From Marsupella aquatica (lineage: Eukaryota; Plantae; Marchantiophyta), in the NCBI GenBank assembly GCA_973895155.1, contig OZ316897.1:16379938-16443937 (forward strand): 64,000 nucleotides of DNA. The letters run 5' to 3'. A model generated the notes under the pieces. The model was not told the DNA's origin and searched no databases. It saw only the letters and a list, made by a program, of their open reading frames with translations. Below, in pieces: positions 37,699 to 48,939 of this stretch. Each line of letters opens with the position of its first letter. Positions within the stretch are counted from its first letter, which is position 1. The position numbers and the translations under genes were made by a program.

Positions 37699-37995
37699 CT
37701 CGGGGGTCTCACTATACGGATGCCTCCCCATCACCTGTGACGTTTTTAGGCCTTGGACCCCCTAAAATGTAAGAAAAAAATTAATTTTTTCAACCCCTAT
37801 AAATTTGGAATATTCTTGGAATATTCCAAAATTATGGTTATAAGGACCCTAATATTCTTATAAGTCTCAAAATTGGATTTAAAAGACCCTATTGTTCTTC
37901 TCAGAAAATTCTTAAGTCTTCCCTTTGAACCAATAAAATGACCCTATACTTCGTCGCACGTGATATGCCATTTTTGTGGAAGTAAAACCCCCGAG
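37699..37995. mobile_element. 297-bp MITE in transposase B, 8-bp TSD CTCACACT
   Basis: TIRs CTCGGGGGT / ACCCCCGAG; CTCACACT at 37691-37698 and 37996-38003. Confidence 0.85.
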
Positions 37996-40219
37996 CTCAC
38001 ACTCACAAAAAAATATTCTTTTGCGAGGATGTATTATGAGTAATTATAATACTTCCCTTGGATATAGTGTGAATGGACAAATTATTTGTAGAGGAGGTTT
38101 CAAGAAACTATATTCCATAGGGAGTAATAGGTTGGCCACAATCCATGCAAACATGTTCACCAGGATTGAACGAGATACTTTCTGCAAGGAAGACTCACCT
38201 TCATTTCTCAACTTGGTGGAATGGTTGAAAGATTTCTTTCAAAAAAACATGGATAGTCTTCCCCATAAACAAATTCATCACTTGCCAGACAATTGGACAA
38301 AGCAAGAGATTCATGAAATCTTTCTGGCCGAAACAATCTTGCGAGAAGAGCAATATGTTACATATTCTTATTTCTTGCGCGTTTGGAAGAAAAAGTTTTC
38401 GAATGTGAGGATTCCCAAAAGGAGTCGGTTTTCCACTTGTGGTCCATGTACCGAATTCAAGGCTCTTCGAGACACAGCAACAACAGAAGAAGATAAAAGT
38501 AAGTTCACTGTAACCTCACATTTTGTGCTTAAGTAAGATATTGACAAGTTAGACACAATGATGAATAGATAATTTATTGATTATGTATTATTGTATTATT
38601 GCAGGAAAGTATATCAATGCTCTTATGGAGCATCGAAGAGTACAATCACTCGAGAGGATGAAGTTGGCAAAGCATCGAAAGAAATGCTATGATGAACCCA
38701 ACAAGTATTTGGGTATTTGTATTGACGGTATGGATCAAAAGAAAACTGAGCTGCCACATTTTATTCGCTGTCCAAAGAACATGGATGAGAAATATTTCAT
38801 CCCGATACATGTTGTGGGTTGTCTTATCTTTAATAGAAAGCTTGCAGCCAAAGTATTTCTGACCTACCCCAACATCCACAATGATGCAAATCTCACCATT
38901 CATGTTATTCAAAATATTTTGAATACATGGGATGGGATACTGCCACGGGTATTATATCTTCAATTGGATAATACCACTAGGGAGAACAAGAATAAGTTCT
39001 TGATGGCTTATCTACACATGTTGGTAGATTTAAAGATTTTTGACAAGATAAAAGTTGGTTTTTTGTTGGTTGGTCATACGCATGACCAAATAGATCAGAT
39101 GTTTAGCAAGTTCTCATCTAGATTAAATAAGCATAAGGCATTTCGCTTAGATACTCTCATGGATATTATACAACGGGCATATTCTCCTCAAGCAGATGTA
39201 ATTTTTGTGGATGAAGTTGCGGACTTTAGAAAGTTTGTGAATGAGACCGACCAACCAAATGAAAATGGAGTTTCAGGTCGAGTTTTGAGAGATCTCAATC
39301 TCATAACTTTTCAAAGGCAATTCAGATTCAAGCGAGGCATTTTAGATGACAACGAAGTGACCATGTTTCATGGAAAACATCTATCTACAACCTCTGATTG
39401 GGGAGATGTGGTAGCGTTTGTGAACTACATCCCCACTTCGAGAATGTGGGTTGCAGCACAAATGTCACTAAAGTCAGCAAAAGGTGTTGAACGGGATGAT
39501 GATCTGATGGACTCAAATGGTGCATTATCCATTCTGGTGAAATATCAAAAAGCAATTCAAGAGGGATTCAATTACTTTGACGATGAAGATAAACTATGGT
39601 GGATGACATTCTTTGAGAAACAAAATGATGTTATCAAAAACCACTTAGAGGAGGGTGAGTGGTTATTTGAATGGGTTTGGCCACAACGAAATGAAGGGTC
39701 CACTCTTGGTGGTGTGTCAACAAATCAAATTTTGACGTCCGAAGGTGTTGACCCAACTCTAGTTTATAAAGTTGCAGGACCACAGAGGATTATGTACTCA
39801 GGCCCTTGGCGAAGCCAGCTGAACTTGGGGATTTCAAAGATATGGAAGTGAACAACAAATGGTCAATGATATGCGTAGCAACACACAAAGATCCAGGAGG
39901 CAAGTTGTTTTGGATGGCGAAGGTGTCAAAGATTTTGACAAAAAAAGATGATATTCCGGAAAGAATCAAAATCACGTGGTACACAACTGAGGCAAGTGCT
40001 GAGACTGCAATTGATGGAAAATATTTTCCAGAGAAAGATAATGTATCTAATAGACTCCTTCAAGATGAACTTGTCTTGTCATCAACAGCAATATATGCAT
40101 ACAATTTTGCGCTTTTGACAATAATCAAATAGCAACAAAAACAAAAAAGATTATAGAGGCTGCTATTTTAGAGCGAGGTTCTATATCTTCAGAAGATTGA
40201 GTTTCATTTACTAATTAAA

Positions 40220-43200
40220 TTATGTAGATACATGCATTAATTTGATAACTCTATCTCTTATCACTTTTCTCAGGTGACATGCTTGTGTGGGGTTGTACCA
40301 ATCTTTTGTAAATAAAGACTCTGTGAATATATATTTTAAATTACTCCATTGAATTCTAATTTCATCCATGTTGTGTAGGACAAATAAACCACAATCTGTG
40401 GTATTTGGTTGTTGGGGCACCTGATAAAAAAACATGTTGTATTTTAGTACAATTCATAAATGTGTTTTCCAATCAAAAAAAATTAAAACATTAAACAAAT
40501 CATATACCTTTGGATTCCACATCTCCATAACACCCAATGACACTTTTCCAAAAAATAGTTCCCATTCTATTGTGAAATATCTGCAAGTCATTGAAAGTAA
40601 TTCCTTAGTCAGTGACATATAATTATAATCACATGAATAAATAATCTCATATAAAAAATAAATAGTAGAAGAGAAAGTTAAGTCTTCACCTTTTCAATGC
40701 CGATTTGATTAGACGAGTTTCATGTAGACCAGCAAGTGAGTCTAGATGATACATTTGGATCAAAGATTGAGATCGATCCAAACATATGACAACCAAACTC
40801 CAATGCCCACTCATGTGAATTGGCATAAGAATAACCTGAATCTTGGAAAATGGAGGCTTGTAATATCCCCGCATTTTCTGTATAGATTCTGCTAAAGATT
40901 CATGTGTTGGTTCTGTTTCAATCCTTGAAACCATCCAAGGATAATGTGTTTACCATTGGAGCAAGATCTTCATGTTCTTCAATTTGGGACTCTAGGTAAA
41001 ATTCCATAATTTTGTCACCCAAATATTGATCCGGTTCAAGTTGTTCCAGTGTTTCTTGATTGAGATGACCAATAGAAGGATTGTGCACAAATCTACGAAG
41101 AACACATTTCAATTCAATAACCTCCTTTGATGGACCCTACAAGGACATTATTGTCACATAAGAACATTTAAATCTCTTTCAGTATTTCCGAAAGTTCATA
41201 TACAATTTGGGGCAATCTCATTTGCGATAAAATATCTCAAAGTAATCTCTACACCTCAAGGAATGAGCCAAGATCTAGTGGTGGAGCTTCTGCTTCCTCT
41301 TCCCCCTCCTCCTCCTCCTCATCAGCATCATCATCATTCTTGGCCGCAGTTGTAATGATGCAAGTTCCGGTGGTGAGAGTGCTCTCATACCACCAATTGG
41401 TGGTTGTATCTCAAAACTCATCGGCCCTGTACCCTCCTCAATTGCTTTCTCATTCAAGCCCCATGATTCATCCAACGTGACTAGTCGAGTCTGGATGCAG
41501 TCTATTTGCTGAGCACTCAACTCTACTGCTGTCACATGTCGCTTTGCCAACAAAGCCCCACACAAAGTAGACCCACTTCCGGCACATAAATCAGCAATCC
41601 AATCTCCTTCTTCACTAAAATGTTTGATAAACCAGTCTACGAGGGCTATCGGCTTCTGATACGGATTCACTACTTCCCCTAATGGTGTTACACATTTCTT
41701 GGTAACACAGGGTACCTTGATGATGTTGATTCTTTTCTCATCATGCTCAAAATTATACATTTCCTTGGTCCTGATACCACCTTCATTATAGTATCCGATG
41801 GACCAATTCTCAAACGCCCAAGCTAACCTGTTCCCGGAGGGTGTGCATGTACATTTGGCTTCTCCCAAATTCTTGCCTCAACTCCAGCATTGCATGTCTT
41901 TCCCAAAGCATTCAAAATGGAGACACTTTGTTGCAGAGAATGAATAACAACAAACCTCCACATTGGTGAAGTTGTCACCTTGGCAAAACATTTGACCATA
42001 TCAATAATATCTGTCTCCGAAAATGGAATTTCATCATTCTCAGACCCGGCAACATTGAATCCATAAGGAATGTCGGCAATTGCAAGTGTGTAAGGCCGGT
42101 TCTCCAAGAACCTATCAAGCGCGCGAACATCTCCACAGTGGAGAGTATAGTTGATGAAATTTCCATCAGAATTTTTCCAATGGTGGTCGCTTGATTCCGC
42201 TTGAGCAGTCTCAATACCAATCTGATGATTGTAATTCTCAATAGCTTCTTGAACCATATTCTTAAAACCAGGGGGGATAACATCCGAACTGAGCTCCTCC
42301 TCTGTAGTCTCCTCAAGTCATTTCCGACCGCCGTTTTATCTTCTTCTTTGAGAAGGCTTTCAACTACAAAACAGAAGGACACCTAAGTTAAAATGATAAA
42401 ACTATGATTCAAATACCAAGAGGGATACCGAGTATCCCATTAGGTATTCCGCAAAACAAATTTGGAGAATCACGCTTGTAAACTCTAGCTTGAATCCCGA
42501 AAGGGATACGCGGTATCCCATTTCGGATTCCACCCAAAGAAACTCAAAGACAAAATAGAAATCCAAAGTTGAATCCTAGACGGGATACGCCGTATCCAAG
42601 TTCTGATTCAAACCAAGGAAAATCAAAGAAACAACGCCAAGACAACCAAAACCCAGGGTCAAATCTGAAACGGGATACGCGGTATCCCATTTCGGATTCA
42701 AACGAAGGAAACTCAAAGAAAGAACATGAATGAGCCAAAAATGAGGGTTGAATCCCAAATGGGATACGCCTCGGATGCGGTAAGTTGTTCAAAAATGAGG
42801 GTTGAACAACTTACCACATCCGAGAGTTTGCCGCTCCATCTTTCGAGCTCCGAAGACTGCGTCTCCTTTGGAAACATTTGTTTACAGGTCGCCCAGTCTG
42901 GTTGGCCAGACAATTGTACAAAGACTTTACTGATCTTCACAAGCTTCTTGTAACTTTCAGCCTCTTTTGCCATCTGCTCAAGACTGATCATTCTATCCTT
43001 GACTCGGAGAAGAAGGGATTCCAAAAACTTGTCTTGCTCAATCCCTTGGATCACTCTCCAAGGCGTCAAAGCGAGCCCCCCTGCTAGCTTGTTCAAAGGT
43101 TTCACGACGGATGTGGCCTTTCGCTTCCCTTTCTTCAGTATCTTCACCGGGGATTTTTGTTTGTTCTGCCCCTTTATCTCGAATCTATTCCACATGTCAA

Positions 43201-44790
43201 AGATCTGGTCTTGGAGGTCCCAAACTTTTCCAGATCTAAATGATATCTGAAAAAGAGGGTCGTGCTTCTTCAGTGTTTTCCCAACCCCTGGAATGAAGCC
43301 ATCAAGACATACCTCCGATGCGCAGGCCTCTCGAGTCTCTTTTGTTTTTTGCATGCCTCTAGCAAGGAAGACCTTATGCATTGTTTGGATTTGATCAATA
43401 TTGTTCATCTTTTTTCGGGACTCCTGGTCAATATTGTGTTGAATACTGAGTTTTTGAACATCGTCCCTTGTAAGCCCTGCATAGACCCATGCTTGAAGTT
43501 CATTGAAGATTTCTCGACCATAAGCCTCAAACAGTTCTCTTTTAGCTCGCGCTCCATGATTACCCCCAATTACCCGATATCTCCAGGTCGATGCCTTGGC
43601 CGGGTCCCAATCTGCAACCGACGGACAATCTTCCGGAATAACAAACAACACAAATGGCGTAGTGAAATTTGTTGGATTCAACTTCATCAAAGTTTTGATA
43701 TTCTCCACGTGCAAACGATCAACAGTCCGAACCAACGTGGAGTTCTGATCATTCATGTCATCGACCAGGAGGAGGTTTGTTGTTTCAGAATGATGGTGGT
43801 CTTCTGAACTCTTTTTGTCTCCATTAAGCGAGATACTTCTTCCCTTACAACCGACGTCTCTTCACGTTGCAGGGCTATAGTCAGTTCATTCGTCGAATCT
43901 TCTTTCCTCTCGACAATCATTGGACCCTTCCCCTTGGATGTGACCGATGGCCCACCTTGAGAAGTTGGAGGAATCTCACCTACCGATCTCAAAGGCAAAG
44001 GTGGAGCTGTTGACACAACACTCGTAGGCGCAGACACAACTCTCTTTTGGATTTCTTGTCGATCCAACTTCGTCTTTTTTTTGGCAGGATCTTCTGAGAC
44101 AGCTGCACCGGAATGTTCACCTGATTTTCCACCAGAGATATCTTGCGCTTTCTTCCTCTTCGTCGGCTCGAAGACTGCCTTCTCTTTTGTTGATGTTGTT
44201 TGGGAATCCTCCACCGTCCCAGAGGGATCTGTCGGCCTGTGAATCTTCAACTTCAACGGAGTTCTCTCTGGACGCTTAAAGTCTTCTCCAACCACTGAAC
44301 AATACGCAATTTTGGTGAAGTCCCGCACCACCTTCCAAGATGTTAAGACATAACTCAAACACTAGTACAAAAATGAATCCACATCAGGTGCCTCCGCCAC
44401 AAGCTTGGTAATCGAATCATCCAAAAATGTATTCATCGATACTCGATCAAGTTTTTCATAGTTGAGGACCAACACAGAAAACGTCTTGTCAACACCAACG
44501 CAAAGAAACATTGGCACCATCTTCACTTTCCTTGTTTTTGAGTCAATAATGTTTGCCTCGGCCGCGTCAATCACCAACCCTTGGTGGCAATGCTCCTTAC
44601 CCTTCACAACAATCAACCATAAGGTTGGGCCAGCATATGCTCTATGAAGATCAAGCTCACGAGCATCACGCAAATAGCACTTGTTCCTGAGGAATTTCTC
44701 CTCCGTATAGTGATCCTTTTTCCAGATTTCATCAATGATGGCTTGTCGGAAAGAGTCCGTGGAACCAAAAGCATTTGACTTGCTCGACAT
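40220..44790 (-). pseudogene. Spliced multidomain gene: unknown N-terminus + ParB-like domain + beta-class N4/N6 DNA methyltransferase + acidic linker + Ulp1/C48 SUMO-protease (element B)
   Basis: ParB-like RTVDRLHVENIKTLM...YRVIGGNHGARAK...WVYAGLT; MTase LHCGDV...LAIADIPYG, IWEK, VNPYQKPIALVDWFIKHFSEEGDWIADLCAGSGST...AVEL; phase-0 GT-AG intron 41137-41254 joins the acidic linker to Ulp1 (LEPDQYLGDKIMEFYL, PIHMSGHWSL, HLDSL, VPQQPNTTDCGLFV). Several frameshifts and a stop at 44362. Confidence 0.8.
42410..42780. repeat. Intronic array of GGGATAC-N3-GTATCCC palindromes, 5 copies spaced 80-90 bp
   Basis: Copies at ~42422, 42502, 42581, 42672, 42761, inside the ParB/MTase intron. Confidence 0.85.
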
Positions 44791-44874
44791 CCTGAAGAAA
44801 AGAAAACCACATGTAAGAATTTCAAGCCTAAATAATATGATCGAGGTCAAAGGCAGCAAGACCATAATAGTATG

Positions 44875-45390
44875 TCTGAATGCGAGATGGGATACACCGT
44901 ATCCCGTGGATACGCCGTATCCTATCTCGCATTCAACGTTTCACTTTTTGCCTATTTTCTCTGAAAAGCCTAAGATCACTATGTTGAATACCAAGTGAGA
45001 TACGCGGTATCCCACTTGGTATCCAATCACTCCTATCCTGCTCTTTTGTTCAGAGATCTTCAGATTTGAATGGGTGTTGAATGCCAAACGGGATACCGCG
45101 TATCCCACATTGGATTCACCCCCTTTATCGCGTTGAGGATTCAAAAACTCTTGAGATTTTCATGTTGAATGAGAAGTGGGATACGCGGTATCCCGCTTCG
45201 CATTTAACCTCCGTTCTCTGTTCATTTTCAATCTCAAAAGCGAATTTGGCCTAAGTGAATGCGAAGTGGGATACGCGGTATCCCACTTCGCATTCAACCT
45301 CCGTTCTCCGTTCATTTTCAATCTCAAAAGTGAATTTGGCCTAAGTGAATGCGAAGTGGGATACTGCGTATCCCCCTTCGTATTCATGTT
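44875..45390. repeat. Array of extended GGGATAC-N3-GTATCCC hairpins in the putative 5'-UTR intron of the ParB-MTase-Ulp1 gene
   Basis: For example TGAATGCGAAGTGGGATACGCGGTATCCCACTTCGCATTCA at ~45256 (perfect 19-bp arms); ~90-bp tandem units 45166-45390. Confidence 0.88.
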
Positions 45391-45429
45391 ACTAGTTTGA
45401 TCCAAAACTTGAGGAGACGACATTCTCAC

Positions 45430-45560
45430 CTGTAAATGGAGTGTGAGTTGAGTGAATACGAATATCTATAGAGATTGGGGATTGAGCAAGACATGGAGGT
45501 ACCGCGAGTGAGCAGAAATGAGCGTAACTTTTTGAGGAGGGCATTCTTATTTATACTTTC
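45430..45560 (-). promoter_or_regulatory. Putative TATA promoter + non-coding first exon of the ParB-MTase-Ulp1 gene
   Basis: TATAAATAAG on the minus strand at ~45546-45555, then a short exon ending at a CAG|GTGAG donor (~45429). Confidence 0.5.
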
Positions 45561-45845
45561 TCCTCCTGAACAAGGCTAACTCCTGAGATTAGTCCGCGGG
45601 AAATAGTCGCGGCAAGGTTGAAGCAACTAGTCGCGGCAAATAGTCACAACAAAGAGTTGGAAATATGGCAAAATTTGTTATAGGTGCAATCCGATATGGG
45701 ATACCCTTGTACGAATTCAATTGGCAACGAGATAGTAAATGAGTTTGTTACGAAATGCAACAAAAGATAGTAAATCAATTCATGAAAAATAGTTTTACAA
45801 GGAGCTCAAGAGGAGCAGACCTAAACATGATTGAAAGAACGGGAA

Positions 45846-46898
45846 TCAAGCTAACCCTGAAGTTTCTCCATATATTTCCACTAATCTGGCTTGCTGATCT
45901 TTCTCTAGATTGAGCCAGTCCTCTTGAAATTGACTTAGTTCTGATATCAAAAATAAACCAAGGAAATCAATTGGGGGAAGATTCGGAGTTTCCATCCTAA
46001 AAAAGATTGCGAGATGAATATTCTGAAGTGTGTTTCCATGAGGAACGCTAGCAAGCATTTCATTTAATCCCTCAAACTGGCTTCGTGCTAGTCGAAGGAG
46101 ACCCCATACTTGTGTACAAACTACAAGCTTGTTCCATTTCTTTGAAGTGGATCCAAGCCAAACCATTTTTTTTAATCGTCGAAGACTTTCTTCATCTGAG
46201 ATCTTGGAGGAATCAAATTTGTCCTCGATGCAAGACACTTTCAAAATGGGCCATATGTAAGTTTCAACAATCTCATCAGGAAGTCCATCCAAAAGTAGTC
46301 CGGATTTGATTCGGCAACGTTTCTGCTCAATTTGTTTCTTCTTCTCTTTCTCAAATAAGGTCACTAACCTTGCAAAGATTAGGTTCTCAGGGACGGCCAT
46401 TCCAAACCAGTTTGACAAGAAGGAAGGAATACCTGGAGTGATAGAAAATGGAGAAGTTCTGTTTTTGAAGAACCTACAAAACAAGATCAAAATATTCAAT
46501 TTACTTTATTTCTTTGATAAAAAAAAAATCATGTCTAAATCTTTGTGAGCCAAGAATACTGAACAAAACTCCAAATATTTGTGAGCGGAGAATCAAGAAG
46601 ATTCAATGGGAAGAATTAACCCAAGGATCTTCGTTCCAAATCCGACAACACAAGTATGCCAATCGATGATACTTGTTTTGATCATCACGACAATAATTAC
46701 ACAAAGAATCGACAGAATGCAGACAACCAATCAAAACAATTCTTTTGCAAAACTCAATTCGGAGTGGATTGAGACTATCTTGAGGATCTACGCCTCCCAT
46801 CCAAAGCGCTCTTATCCAGCAGGAAGCACTTTGAGTTCAATTAATCTCTTATATAATCGATGAGCACGTTTATCTCGGTTTTGAATCTGGACCGTCAT
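45846..46898 (-). pseudogene. F-box-like protein gene carried in element B; upstream Cys-rich exon disrupted
   Basis: LLDGLPDEIVETYIWPIL...WLGSTSKKWNKLV F-box signature in exon 45846-46473; upstream exon ~46621-46898 with stop/frameshift; TATA-like CTATAAATAG at ~47545. Confidence 0.55.
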
Positions 46899-47074
46899 TG
46901 AACTCACGGTTGAAAATGTAAGTCTCAAAGAAAGCTAAAGCTTTAATAGTTCTTCACTCCAAAATGGCGGGCTCGAAGGAAGCAAGAGCTTTTGTCAAAA
47001 TTGATCAGAACCTAGCCTGCAAAACCATCGCCAATACTTAAGATATCTTTTGCCATCGCCAAAAAGCTATTGCT

Positions 47075-47760
47075 GAATACCCAAAGGGCTACGCCGTATC
47101 CCACTTCGCATTCAAACTTCTCCTTTCGGACCTGACCTGATTGATATTCAGAGGTTGAATACCATATGGGATACCAGGTATCCCACTTCGCATTCAACAT
47201 TGAAATTTCCTTCATTTTTCAACCAAGAGCTTCTTATGCAGAGGTTGGATGCGAAGTGGGATACGCGGTATCCCACTTCGCACGCGTATCCCACTTCGCA
47301 TCCAACCTCTTTTTCTCATGTTTCATCATGCCAAAACTGGATTTTTCAAGATTGAATCCCAAACCGGATACACCGTATCCCATTTGGGATTCATCCTCGT
47401 GATTTCCAAAAAGATATATTACTCACCTGTTTTTATAGTCTGACTTGGGGGATACGAATATGCATACAAAGTGTGGATTCGTCGGGAGCAAGCAAATGCA
47501 GGAGCAAGAAGAAATGAGCCAAAAAATTTGAGTCGGGGCTGTCCTATTTATAGTTTCCCCCCGACCATGGTCAGTTTCTAACCATAGTTTTGTTGTAGTC
47601 GATTAAAAGTGACCATTGAAAGGAATCCTTGAGGAATATTCTTGATGGGTAAACTGTACTCGCCCCTTTTGTTGCGTTTGTTGGTTTTGTTTTTTTAAAC
47701 TGCGGGGGGATCCGAAATGGGATACGCCGTATCCCTGCTTCGGATTCAAGTCATTTTTTC
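47075..47760. repeat. Further GGGATAC-N3-GTATCCC hairpins upstream of the F-box gene and at the distal end of element B
   Basis: Copies at ~47086, 47168, 47258, 47365, 47719. Confidence 0.8.
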
Positions 47761-47879
47761 CTATTTTAATAATCTAAAATCTGGGTTATTAGAGGGAATA
47801 CTAATTCCGTATCCAACACTTTTTTGCCTTAGAATGTTTTTCCGCCGCGGGCAAAATGAGAAGTGTGGTCACACTTCTC

Positions 47880-48751
47880 GTTTGATCCGTCACTATGTTC
47901 CTAGGGGATGGATAGATGAGGCGGCACGAGAGGCGGACTACAAGGATGATAGACTCACTGGGGCATCAAAAGAGCATCTCTTAAGCTCAGCGGAGCGTTT
48001 GCAACTCACAACATTTATGTTTTACAACTCACCAGAGGTTGTAGGGGAGTGGACATCGTTTTATGAGGAGGAGAAGCAAAGTAGTCAACGACCACGGATA
48101 TTTCCTAAGTTTCACCCATACATGAAGTCAAAGTTGTTAGAAGTGGATGCCTTGGTGGGTACAAGGGAGAGTGTATTGCATTATCCAGAGGTGACTGATA
48201 AGCTTTGTACCCTTGTTCATGGTCCACTACTTATAGTCACAACTCGGACTGCCATGTGGTCCAAGGGAAGATACTTTCGTGTGGAACGACTTGATGAGAA
48301 GAGGGCACCTACACAAGATTGTGGGGTCATGGGTTGGTTCACCCAGGATTCACAGAGTAGCACATCGAACAGGAATCCCATTTGGTCCACTATCGCTCAT
48401 TATGGAAAGATTGAGGAGATCCTAACTATGAAGTACCATGCACATACCACTTTGGAGGAAGTGGTATTGAAGTGCAAATGGTTCAAGATGAATCTTGTGG
48501 GCCACAATCGTACATGTGAGGATGATGCATGCGGATTTACTCGGTTGAAGACAAGTGTTATCAGTTCAAATTGGAGGTCTTCAGATCCGTTTGCATTCCC
48601 ACATCACCTTGAGCAATGTTTTTACCTACCTTATCCGGATGACTCAATTTGGTCTATTGTGATGCCATATATCCCTCGATCACAATCCATAGTCCAGGAT
48701 AGACCCAACATAGTTGTAGTGGAAGATGATGTCATCCCCTCCACCACTTAG
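47880..48751 (+). pseudogene. C-terminal fragment of a second CACTA transposase (DUF4216-like)
   Basis: LVHGP, GRYFRV..LDEKR.TQDCGV, HYGKIEEIL, LKCKWF, DPFAFPHHLEQCFY, WSIV. Confidence 0.8.
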
Positions 48752-48939
48752 CTAGTAAGTAGCAACTATAGCTAGCCCCCTACCATATTTGTGTTTATTT
48801 TCCTGGCATTATATATTTCTCGGCACTATATTTGTTTCTCAATGTCCACTCTTGCATAAAACATATTCCATAAAGTATATCTAATACTTCTCTCAACCCC
48901 ACTCAACTAAGGACCTCAAGATAACCAGTGTTCAATGGT

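Larger units (their letters stand above)
35832..40200 (+). pseudogene. Sola1-like DDD transposase B with long S/P/R-rich N-terminal region
   Basis: FSTCGPC, ICIDGMDQKKTELP, LQLDNTTRENKNK, GFLLVGHTHDQIDQMFS; intron ~38499-38604; MITE at 37699; frameshift near 39800; TATA-like CTATATAAG at 35676. Confidence 0.75.

Noticed and set aside
42410-42780. CRISPR-like array of spaced palindromes (also 29125-29520, 36345-36895)
   Set aside because: Spacers are related or identical, the arrays lie in or beside spliced eukaryotic genes, and no cas genes are present.
28919-44790. Bacterial or phage contamination explaining the ParB-MTase genes
   Set aside because: The genes have GT-AG introns, one is fused to Ulp1, and they are interleaved with plant TEs.
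47717-47880. N-terminus of ORF 47717..48751 as real protein
   Set aside because: It is read-through from the element-B palindrome region into a truncated CACTA transposase.
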